Assembly (NCBI GenBank): GCA_011524855.1
Contig: WTJK01000043.1
Span: 38,483 to 102,482, forward strand
Direction: 5' to 3'
Source of the DNA: Methanobacteriota archaeon
Lineage (GTDB): Archaea; Thermoplasmatota; Poseidoniia; Poseidoniales; Poseidoniaceae
Length of the DNA stretch: 64,000 nucleotides
Both the position numbers and the translations under genes were made by a program. The first letter of the stretch is position 1, and each line of letters starts with the position of its first letter. Positions 46,011 through 52,907 of this stretch are shown one piece after another. The notes beneath the pieces are model-generated. The model searched no databases. It was not told the DNA's origin and saw only the letters and a program-made list of their open reading frames with translations.

Positions 46011-46348
46011 CCCTCGTCTTCCGAGGATTCAGCGGGTTTCCACCCCGGTTTCCAAAACGCAAGGTTGTCCAACCACGCCAACCATTCCTCATCGCTGCAG
46101 GTCAACAACCGAAACGCCCGCGATTCCAAACCTTCCCGCAGGGTGGCGTTCATGGTGCCGCTTTCAACGGCGTCGTGCCATTCCACCTGCATGTGGCGGA
46201 TGCGACGGCGAGCTTCCTCGGGCGCGTCAAAGTTCATTTCGCAAGCATCGCGCAGGTCGCTCAGCCATGTTCGTGTATCCTTCAGCATCGGGTCGTTGGA
46301 CCCGCTGTAGCGGGTGGCTCGTTTTTTGCCAAACGGCCACCATCCCAT
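46007..46348 (-). CDS. Hypothetical protein (113 aa)
   Basis: ORF with a -30 CTCAAA box. The sequence 'MGWWPFGKKRATRYSG...EEWLAWLDNLAFWKPGWKP' matches no family I recognise. The track start (TTG 46390) was rejected. Confidence 0.45.
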   Translation of the reverse strand: MGWWPFGKKRATRYSGSNDPMLKDTRTWLSDLRDACEMNFDAPEEARRRIRHMQVEWHDAVESGTMNATLREGLESRAFRLLTCSDEEWLAWLDNLAFWKPGWKPAESSEDEG

Positions 46349-46372
46349 GGTCGATGGGTGGCCTCTGTGCCT

Positions 46373-46378
46373 TTTGAG
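46373..46378 (-). promoter_or_regulatory. putative TATA-like box CTCAAA, 30 nt upstream of ATG 46348
   Basis: Plus strand reads tttgag. It forms a divergent promoter pair with the TTCAAA box at 46394-46399. Confidence 0.4.
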
Positions 46379-46393
46379 TTGTTGGGCCAAGGG

Positions 46394-46399
46394 TTCAAA
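46394..46399 (+). promoter_or_regulatory. putative TATA-like box TTCAAA, 29 nt upstream of rlmH ATG 46423
   Basis: GGTTCAAAGT. The spacing is identical to the boxes at 12261, 60979, 61993 and 63796. Confidence 0.45.
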
Positions 46400-46422
46400 G
46401 TCGCTCGCCTTGAGCCAAAAGC

Positions 46423-46857
46423 ATGGGACGTATCTCGGTGCACGTGCACGGTGCGCCCAAGGACCGCCATGCGGCTGCGCTGATGGCGATGTACCTTGAC
46501 CGACTTCGCAACCAAGGTGTCGCCTGCGTGAAGCACAGCGACAAGATGCGCCCAGTGGCGTACTACGAGCATGTGTTGTCTCTCTCTGGCACGCTGGTGC
46601 TCATGGATGAATTCGGTGAAACATCGTCGTCCGAAGCGTTTGCACGCCGCGTCAAGGGGTGGCGGTTGAGCACCGACGACGTCCACCTGGCCATCGGGCC
46701 AGCAGAGGGCTGGCCCGCCCAAGCCAAAGCGGCCTCTCACCTTCGGTTGTCGCTTTCCGAGATGACGTTCCCACACGAGTTGGCAGCGGTGATGTTGGTG
46801 GAACAGCTCTACCGTTCGATGGAAATTTTACGCGGTTCAGCCTATCACAAAGCATGA
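46423..46857 (+). CDS. rlmH: SPOUT methyltransferase of the RlmH family (23S rRNA m3-pseudouridine methyltransferase-like)
   Basis: 'VHLAIGPAEGW' and 'LSLSEMTFPHELAAVMLVEQLYRSMEILRGSAYHK' closely match the RlmH C-terminal knot signature. Confidence 0.75.
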   Translation: MGRISVHVHGAPKDRHAAALMAMYLDRLRNQGVACVKHSDKMRPVAYYEHVLSLSGTLVLMDEFGETSSSEAFARRVKGWRLSTDDVHLAIGPAEGWPAQAKAASHLRLSLSEMTFPHELAAVMLVEQLYRSMEILRGSAYHKA

Positions 46858-46881
46858 TATTGGCCGGCGAACGAGCACCGA

Positions 46882-47637
46882 TTGAACAGCATGATCCTCG
46901 ATGAATCCACGGGTAAATGGATGGTCTACCTCCTGCTGGGCGTTGTCGCCGCCGTCCTGATACGCGGCAGTCGAAATCAACCGTTTCCTGAACTGTCCCG
47001 TCGTTTCGGCACCTTGCTCGCCGCTCTCACGGTGCTTGTGCTGGTCGGGGAGCAGGCGCCGCGCCCCATGGGTCTGGGCGCCCTGTTGACCCTGACGTTG
47101 GCGGTGGGCAGTTACGGCGTGCTGGCCGGCGTCCATCACATGGTGAGGACACGCCACGACGTGCTCATCGCACCGATGGCAGGTTTTCTGCTGTGCACAG
47201 GTGCGGGTGGGCTGATGGTGTTGACGTGGCCATCGTTGAACACCTTGGAACACTGGTCGGGGTTCCTCATGCTGGTACTGCTGGGCGGTGGTCAAACCTG
47301 GCTGGTCTTCCGTGGACTGCTCATCGGTCGCCTGCCACTCTCCTGGAGCCAAGCCGGCATGGTGGCGCTTCAACGCGGCAGACTGGACGGCACCCACGGG
47401 GCCATTGCCTGTTTCGAGAAGGGGTGGGACGCTGACGAGGAACACCTCAACCCCATGGCGTACGTGGCGTTGCAACGCATCCACACGTTCCTGGGCCACG
47501 CCGACGAAGCCGCCACATGGCAGGAAGCGTTCGAAGACGCCGGTGGGCCGGAAGCCGTTGCACCGGAGTGGATCGAAGCGATTGAATCGGCGCTGAGTGC
47601 CATCGAGGCGTCCACTTCTTCGCCTCCATCAGCATGA
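46882..47637 (+). CDS. Membrane protein (about 5 TM) with soluble helical (TPR-like) C-terminus
   Basis: Hydrophobic segments ('WMVYLLLGVVAAVLI', 'LLAALTVLVLVG', 'GALLTLTLAVGSYGVLAGV', 'FLLCTGAGGLMVL', 'FLMLVLLGGGQTWLVF'), then 'AIACFEKGWDADEEHLNPMAYVALQRIHTFLGHADEAATW'. The start is TTG 46882 or ATG 46891. Confidence 0.5.
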   Translation: MNSMILDESTGKWMVYLLLGVVAAVLIRGSRNQPFPELSRRFGTLLAALTVLVLVGEQAPRPMGLGALLTLTLAVGSYGVLAGVHHMVRTRHDVLIAPMAGFLLCTGAGGLMVLTWPSLNTLEHWSGFLMLVLLGGGQTWLVFRGLLIGRLPLSWSQAGMVALQRGRLDGTHGAIACFEKGWDADEEHLNPMAYVALQRIHTFLGHADEAATWQEAFEDAGGPEAVAPEWIEAIESALSAIEASTSSPPSA

Positions 47638-47680
47638 TGCTGAGGCCATGAGCATCTCCATGAAGCACCGAACAAAAGGC

Positions 47681-47686
47681 CTTATA
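47681..47686 (+). promoter_or_regulatory. putative TATA box CTTATA, 29 nt upstream of ATG 47710
   Basis: Preceded by the A-rich 'AACAAAAGG' (BRE-like). Argues that the small membrane protein starts at 47710, not 47686. Confidence 0.5.
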
Positions 47687-47709
47687 TGGTTCAAAATCGA
47701 TGTAATATC

Positions 47710-47979
47710 ATGGAAAAATCAACAACACCCGCAGAAGATTGGCCCTTAGGGACCCTGCTTTGGTTCGCTGTCGTGGTGTGGTTTTCCTCGAGCCTGCTTT
47801 CGCAATCTGCATTCATGGCCATTCATGGTCTGCCTTACGACGCCGTGGCGATGCTCAAAACCTTGGGTCCCGTGTACTACGTCGTGGTGGTGCTCGAACT
47901 CGGCATGTGGCTGGCCGTGCTGGGGTACGGCGGTCATCGGTGGATGAACCGACGACGTGGGCAGCAACCGCTCGTGTGA
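47710..47979 (+). CDS. Small two-TM membrane protein (89 aa)
   Basis: 'LGTLLWFAVVVWFSSSLL' and 'VYYVVVVLELGMWLAVLGYG'. Ends in a double stop TGATGA. Confidence 0.5.
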   Translation: MEKSTTPAEDWPLGTLLWFAVVVWFSSSLLSQSAFMAIHGLPYDAVAMLKTLGPVYYVVVVLELGMWLAVLGYGGHRWMNRRRGQQPLV

Positions 47980-48199
47980 TGACAAAAACTGCCACAAGCG
48001 TGCCGTTGAATGAACTCCCAACCCGTGCGCAGGCGTGCGGTCCAGCGTACGCTTCCAGCCGACGCACCTTGCGAATACCCGCACAGACCAGCGGCTGAAA
48101 CCTCATGGTTGGAGGAAGTCTTAACCCCGCTGATCCCATGAAAACCCCGTGCGACCCCCCAAAAACAGAAGGCCGCCGCGGCCGTTGGTGAAGTCAAAG

Positions 48200-48319
48200 A
48201 TGGACATGATCATCCTGTTCATCATCATGGTCTTCGCCATCATCGGTCTCATCTTTTTCATTGCAAAATTGCCGGGCTTCCTGCTTTGCTGGCTCATGTA
48301 CGCTGGGCAATGCGGCTGA
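48200..48319 (+). CDS. Candidate 39-aa single-TM micropeptide (below the ORF-track threshold)
   Basis: ATG 48200 is preceded by GGTGA (48187-48191, SD-like, 8-nt spacer). Translation is 'MDMIILFIIMVFAIIGLIFFIAKLPGFLLCWLMYAGQCG', with mostly C-ending codons. Lies in an otherwise unassigned ~390-nt gap. Confidence 0.35.
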   Translation: MDMIILFIIMVFAIIGLIFFIAKLPGFLLCWLMYAGQCG

Positions 48320-48369
48320 ACATCGAAGTCCTGATGGAGGGGGCTTTTGCGTTGCTTGAGGGCTGTGCG

Positions 48370-49578
48370 TCAAAACGATTCGTCGTCGTTGATGGTGGGA
48401 ACGGCGGGTGACATCGCTACCACGCTGGTGATCCAGCCGATCAGCGCGCACACAACGATGGCGCCAAAGGTTGAATGAACACTCCATCCAAACGGAACCA
48501 CGTGGATGTTGACGCCCTCGATCCAGTATCGCGTGTTCGTCAGTCGAGCGGCGTCGGCCAGTGAAAACAAGAGCAACACCACCACTTGAATCGCAGCTGC
48601 GAGCGAGATGTACACGTGAGGTCCCGCCTTCTTGTACACCAACACGCCGATTTCCGATAAGAGGGCGAGGGTCACCCCCATCAAGAGCAACCGTGCATCA
48701 AACTCGGAATACACCCACACGCCCACAGCGTGGAACATGAACAAGAGGAACATGGCGCCCCGTTCGGGCCGCCAGCGTTTCAGGAACAAGGCCAGCACCA
48801 CCGAGGTGAGCGCCGCTTGCAAAAAGAGCGATTGCAACCCAATTTCAAGCGCGGTGTTGTAATTTGGATTCCCACAGAATGCATTGCCGGGTGAATAACA
48901 ATAATTCTGCAACGGAGCGATCCAAAGGTTGGCATAACGGATCATCAACAACGACACGGTCCACGCTGACCCAAGGCCGAACACGATGAGGGCCTGCGAT
49001 CTGAGGCCGCTCCGACCCGACGATGTGTTGGCCCAAGCCGACCACACGGGAGCGGTCACCGACATGATCAGCCCAACGAACAGCCCGATGTGGGTGGGCG
49101 AAAGCAGAATGTCGGTGTTTTCTTCGACGCCCAACGTTTCGTGCCAGATGAGGTCGCCAAATCCAGAAACAGCGAACACAACGATGCCGTAGACGCCGGG
49201 TTTGTGATGCGGCTCAATCTCTTTTAGCGTCCTGAAAGGTTGAGCAACGAGCTGACGCATGCCTCCATCGGGCATGATGGCGTAGACGATGTAGGCTCCA
49301 TACGCCGCAGAGCCGGAGTACCACACGGCGTGCCAGGGCGTGAAGAAGGTGTCATCAACCGAGCCGGCGATGTGAGCAAACGCGTCGATGAGCAGACCAG
49401 CAAGGCACCACAGGCCGAGAACAAGGACGATCGGGTCGTAGAATTTCTCGCCCAATTTTGGCAGTCCGTTCAGCTTCCTGTGAAGTACGCCAGCGATGAC
49501 GGCGGCCAGCAAGAGCGAACCAAAGAAGATCACAGGAAAGCTCGTGAGAAGGTGTGCATCTGCGTGTTCACCTGCCAT
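48370..49578 (-). CDS. Polytopic membrane protein (about 11-12 TM), family not recognised
   Basis: Continuous hydrophobic helices with conserved-looking His/Trp ('FTPWHAVWYSGSAAYG', 'GDLIWHETLGVE', 'LSPTHIGLFVG'). ATG 49578 (M9 of the track ORF) is preferred because a CTTAAA box starts exactly 29 nt upstream of it. Confidence 0.6.
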   Translation of the reverse strand: MAGEHADAHLLTSFPVIFFGSLLLAAVIAGVLHRKLNGLPKLGEKFYDPIVLVLGLWCLAGLLIDAFAHIAGSVDDTFFTPWHAVWYSGSAAYGAYIVYAIMPDGGMRQLVAQPFRTLKEIEPHHKPGVYGIVVFAVSGFGDLIWHETLGVEENTDILLSPTHIGLFVGLIMSVTAPVWSAWANTSSGRSGLRSQALIVFGLGSAWTVSLLMIRYANLWIAPLQNYCYSPGNAFCGNPNYNTALEIGLQSLFLQAALTSVVLALFLKRWRPERGAMFLLFMFHAVGVWVYSEFDARLLLMGVTLALLSEIGVLVYKKAGPHVYISLAAAIQVVVLLLFSLADAARLTNTRYWIEGVNIHVVPFGWSVHSTFGAIVVCALIGWITSVVAMSPAVPTINDDESF

Positions 49579-49601
49579 GAACGGCATTTCTTCCGCCTCC
49601 A

Positions 49602-49607
49602 TTTAAG
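49602..49607 (-). promoter_or_regulatory. putative TATA box CTTAAA, 29 nt upstream of ATG 49578
   Basis: Plus strand reads tttaag. On the minus strand CTTAAA starts at 49607. Confidence 0.45.
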
Positions 49608-49624
49608 TTTCAAGGCTTGGCTTC

Positions 49625-49655
49625 GGTGGTTGGCTCGCATCGAGGGGTGGTTGGC
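49625..49655. repeat. 10-bp direct repeat GGTGGTTGGC x2, 21 bp apart (start to start)
   Basis: Copies at 49625-49634 and 49646-49655, in the 294-nt divergent intergenic region just upstream of the CTTAAA box. A possible operator for a dimeric regulator. Confidence 0.3.
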
Positions 49656-49866
49656 ACGTTTTGGAATGGACAAGGCGATGGTTGCTCTTTCGTGCGTCAA
49701 CGCTCGGTACGTGTGCCTGAACGTCGACGACTTCGTCATTCACGGCAAGGATGTTCATTTTCACCGTGGCCACATGCGTGCACCGGGGCACACGCAACAA
49801 GGTCGACGCGTCGGAGTGTCTGTTTTGGGCCAAAAACCAAGGTTTGCCGTGAGGATACGCCGATGA

Positions 49867-49872
49867 CATAAA
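49867..49872 (+). promoter_or_regulatory. putative TATA-like box CATAAA, 30 nt upstream of GTG 49897
   Basis: ACATAAAGAG. The spacing supports GTG 49897 as the (leaderless) start of the DUF2203-like gene. Confidence 0.35.
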
Positions 49873-49896
49873 GAGTCGCCACGACAAGCGTTTCTC

Positions 49897-50382
49897 GTGA
49901 ATCCACCTACGGACGGACCGATGTTTGCCGGACACCCCATGGAGGTCGAGGCGCTGGATGCTGGCTTTGAACCGCCGTATGCCCTTCCCGATGACGCTCG
50001 GATTGTGACCATTGATGAAGCGCGTGCTCAACTTCCTCGCGCTTGCGATCTGCTCATGGTGCTTCAGGCGATGGGCGATGAAGCCCACGATTTGACCAGC
50101 GAGTTGGAGCTGTTGTTGGACCGCTATGAAATGAACCACCCTCACGTGGTTCAAGTGGCTGAACACCTCGGTCGTTTGGTGCGTCAGTGGCAGGGGCTGG
50201 TGGACGAGTTGAAAGTCATGGGCGCTCGTATCGTGTCAATGGACCCCGGCCGCCTCGAATGGTTTGGTGTGGTCGACCATCAGATGGCGTTGTTTTCGTG
50301 GGCCGTGGGCGAAGCGGACATCGAGTGGTACTATCGAATGGAGGAAGGTTTCCCCTCCCGTAAACCCCTCATAGAAGCGTGA
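49897..50382 (+). CDS. DUF2203-like protein
   Basis: 'IVTIDEARAQLP' N-terminus, a central coiled segment, and a C-terminal 'GARIVSMDPGRLEWFGVVDHQMALFSWAVGEADIEWYYRMEEGFPSRKPL', which matches my recollection of the DUF2203 signature. Confidence 0.5.
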   Translation: MNPPTDGPMFAGHPMEVEALDAGFEPPYALPDDARIVTIDEARAQLPRACDLLMVLQAMGDEAHDLTSELELLLDRYEMNHPHVVQVAEHLGRLVRQWQGLVDELKVMGARIVSMDPGRLEWFGVVDHQMALFSWAVGEADIEWYYRMEEGFPSRKPLIEA

Positions 50383-50407
50383 TGTCCCCGTCGTTGGGGC
50401 GAGGTTC

Positions 50408-51103
50408 ATGGTCAAGATCACACGTGTGTACACCGGTGGCGGTGACGGGGGCGAATCCTCGTTGGTCGACGGCTCTCGACGTTCCAAAGGCGACCCTCGC
50501 TTCGAAGTGGTTGGACTGTGCGACGAATTCAACAGCTTGCTCGGCACCGTGTTGATGGAAATCAATCGATTGCGCCCCCACGAGGACGGCGGTCAGCGCA
50601 CCGGCGTTCGTCGGGTTCAAGCGGTGGTGAGCCCGGCGCTGTCGCGTACCCAACACGAAATCTTTGACCTCGGAGCCGAATTGGCGTGCCCTCCGGATGC
50701 CCTGCCCGAATACATGGCGCTCATCAGCGAAACGCAAGCCGATGTGTTGGTCGAGGAAATGGACGCCTGGCTGGCATCGTTAGCACCGTTGACGAGTTTT
50801 ATTTTGCCCTCGGGGGACCCTCCCGTGGCGCTGATGCACGTGGCTCGGTCGGCCGTTCGCCGGCTTGAGCGTGCGGTGGTTCGGTTGATGGAACACGAAG
50901 GTCCCGGTGCCGTTCGGCCGTTGGTGCTGGCCTACGTGAACCGTTTGTCCGACTGGCTCTTCGTGATGGGGCGCTGGACAGGGCTGCAGCTTCAATCGGA
51001 TGAAGCGTTGTGGGTTCCGTTGGGGAAACGGGCGGCTGAAGGCGGTGTGGCCGGGCGCATCCGTCAAATGCAGGCCAACGACGACGACCTCGCTTCGCTC
51101 TGA
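50408..51103 (+). CDS. pduO: ATP:cob(I)alamin adenosyltransferase, PduO/MMAB type
   Basis: 'KITRVYTGGGDGGESSLVDGSRRSKGDPRFEVVGLCDEFNS', 'IFDLGAELA', 'FILPSG', 'HVARSAVRRLER', 'YVNRLSDWLFV'. Confidence 0.85.
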   Translation: MVKITRVYTGGGDGGESSLVDGSRRSKGDPRFEVVGLCDEFNSLLGTVLMEINRLRPHEDGGQRTGVRRVQAVVSPALSRTQHEIFDLGAELACPPDALPEYMALISETQADVLVEEMDAWLASLAPLTSFILPSGDPPVALMHVARSAVRRLERAVVRLMEHEGPGAVRPLVLAYVNRLSDWLFVMGRWTGLQLQSDEALWVPLGKRAAEGGVAGRIRQMQANDDDLASL

Positions 51104-51106
51104 GGC

Positions 51107-51511
51107 TCAAGCCAAGTGGGGCGCAGCGTTGAGCGCTGCGTTCAGCACGCCGCGTGTTTCATCGTGGGTGACGAATTCAATGGCTTGATCCCACGGCAAC
51201 CAGAGATGGCCACGATGTTCGTGCGAAAGGGTGACCGTGAGGGTGTCGGTTTCTCCGAGGTACCAATGGACTTCCTTTTCCCGCACCTTTCCTTTGTGGC
51301 GGTAGGTGTAGGCGGTGCGCTGCCTGAATCCAGGATGAAGCGTCAGGTCCTCGATGCCGGTTTCTTCCAACAATTCGCGGCGAACCGTGGCTTCATGGTT
51401 GGGGTCGTCGGCTTCGACGTGCCCTTTGGGCAGGTCCCAGTGCCCCTGCGGGTACTGCAACAGCAACACCGTGCCGCAGTTCACCAGCACCACGCCGCAG
51501 GAGGTCTCCAT
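51107..51511 (-). CDS. NUDIX hydrolase
   Basis: Nudix box 'GHWDLPKGHVEADDPNHEATVRRELLEETGI'. A TTCAAG hexamer (51532-51537, minus strand) starts 26 nt upstream of the ATG. Confidence 0.85.
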   Translation of the reverse strand: METSCGVVLVNCGTVLLLQYPQGHWDLPKGHVEADDPNHEATVRRELLEETGIEDLTLHPGFRQRTAYTYRHKGKVREKEVHWYLGETDTLTVTLSHEHRGHLWLPWDQAIEFVTHDETRGVLNAALNAAPHLA

Positions 51512-51561
51512 GGTGCCTCCATCCGCCCATCCTTGAAGGGCCTAACGGCTGGAGGCGAACG

Positions 51562-51567
51562 TTGATG
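51562..51567 (+). promoter_or_regulatory. putative TATA-like box TTGATG, 29 nt upstream of ATG 51591
   Basis: Third occurrence of TTGATG at exactly -29 (see also 6251 and 21579). Confidence 0.35.
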
Positions 51568-51590
51568 CCAAATCTCTCACCGGTCCCTCC

Positions 51591-52577
51591 ATGGTCGTGG
51601 TTCCGCTTGGGGTCGATGAGGTCCCCATTTACACGCGGATCCTCGCCGATGCCGACCTCGACGGCTTGATGGGCGCCGCCCTCCTCAAGGCGTTCCGACC
51701 CGAGGCCACGGTCAAATTTTCACACGCTGCTGCCGTCCGCGGGGGCCTCGAATCGGCGTTCATCGACGCCTCCACCGTCATGGTGGACCTGCCGTTTGAC
51801 CCTGCCTGCGGCTGGTACATTGACCATCACGCCACCAACCGTCCAACAAAAGAGGAAGAAGCGGCGTTTGTCCAAGCCGGCGGCGTTGTGGATTGGGCCC
51901 CGGCCCCTTCTGCTGCTCGTGTGGTTCATGACCTGCTTCAAAACGTCACGCCGGTGGCTCATTTGACCGACCTGATGCCGTGGGTTGACGCGCTTGATTC
52001 AGGCGGTATTTCACTGGATGATTTTCGCGCCGATGGCCCAGCGCTCCAATTTTCCCGTTGTTGCTCCTTGCGTCATGAAGCCACCATGCACCGCATCGTG
52101 AGCATGTTTGCCCAAGGCGCTGATTTTGATACCGTCATGTCCGACCCCGAAGTGGCGGACCTGGTGGCGGCGAAAGTGGATGAGCGGCGGGTGGCAGAAG
52201 CGGCGGTCGCCGCTCACACCACGCTTCACGACCGTCTTGCCGTGTGCCGTTTGGAGGACACTGATTTGCGCATCAACGGTTACATTGTGACGGCTTGGGC
52301 CGGCGAGCGAGCCGATGCCTGCTGCGTGGTGCACGGGTACACCGACGGCGACGCCTCCAACCGCGAGCGGCCGCCGCTGGGCGCCAGTTTCTATGCCAAT
52401 TCGTTCTTGCCCGGCGCTCAAGGCACCTACGACCTGTCACGAATGGCCACGTCGTTGGACCCGACCGGAGGCGGTCATCGAAACGCATGCGGGTGCAGGG
52501 TTCAACCACCGGGTTTGGAGGCCAATCTCAAACACTGGTTGGGCATGTGGAGCGATCGCGACCGGCTGTTGCGCTGA
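51591..52577 (+). CDS. DHH-family phosphoesterase
   Basis: 'ILADADLDGLMGAALL' (DxDxDG, RecJ/NrnA motif II-like) and 'GWYIDHHATN' (DHH motif III). Confidence 0.6.
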   Translation: MVVVPLGVDEVPIYTRILADADLDGLMGAALLKAFRPEATVKFSHAAAVRGGLESAFIDASTVMVDLPFDPACGWYIDHHATNRPTKEEEAAFVQAGGVVDWAPAPSAARVVHDLLQNVTPVAHLTDLMPWVDALDSGGISLDDFRADGPALQFSRCCSLRHEATMHRIVSMFAQGADFDTVMSDPEVADLVAAKVDERRVAEAAVAAHTTLHDRLAVCRLEDTDLRINGYIVTAWAGERADACCVVHGYTDGDASNRERPPLGASFYANSFLPGAQGTYDLSRMATSLDPTGGGHRNACGCRVQPPGLEANLKHWLGMWSDRDRLLR

Positions 52578-52585
52578 GATGGTGC

Positions 52586-52858
52586 TCAGAACTTGGGCAC
52601 GGACGTGGTGTTGGACGAGGAATGTTCAATCGTCATTTCCTCGGCCTCAACCGTCTCGATGTCGTCGTCCTCGGTTGCTTCGGCAGCCGCGGTTTCGGGT
52701 TGAACGGCGACGTTCTTTGGCTTGAGTCGGTTCACGGTGGCCTTGAGCACTTCGAACTCGATTTCAAGGTCCTCAAGGGCGTCTCGGGACGTCTCGATGT
52801 GCTTTTCGACGCGGGCAAGAAGCTTCTTCATCTTCTTGAGCGTTCGAGCATCGGACAT
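52586..52858 (-). CDS. Small coiled-coil protein with acidic tail (90 aa)
   Basis: 'LKKMKKLLARVEKHIETSRDALEDLEIEFEVLKATVNRLK'. Its reality is supported by a CTCAAA box at exactly -29. Confidence 0.5.
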   Translation of the reverse strand: MSDARTLKKMKKLLARVEKHIETSRDALEDLEIEFEVLKATVNRLKPKNVAVQPETAAAEATEDDDIETVEAEEMTIEHSSSNTTSVPKF

Positions 52859-52881
52859 AAGACATCCTTGTGCCGTTTCCT

Positions 52882-52887
52882 TTTGAG
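52882..52887 (-). promoter_or_regulatory. putative TATA-like box CTCAAA, 29 nt upstream of ATG 52858
   Basis: Plus strand reads tttgag. On the minus strand CTCAAA starts at 52887, in the 49-nt gap after the MMPL gene stop codon. Confidence 0.4.
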
Positions 52888-52907
52888 TGTTCGGTCATCA
52901 CCGATGC

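Noticed and set aside
47976-47982. GTGATGA resembling a C/D-box sRNA C box
   Set aside because: It is simply the end of a Val codon followed by the double stop TGATGA of the 47710-47979 gene. No CTGA D or D' boxes or C' box occur at the required spacings downstream.
48194-48487. 97-aa minus-strand ORF in the 48.2-kb gap
   Set aside because: It overlaps the 3' end of the 48370-49578 membrane gene in another frame and is highly charged and low-complexity ('DETDDGEDHDDEQDD'). The plus-strand hydrophobic micropeptide in the same phase is the more plausible reading.
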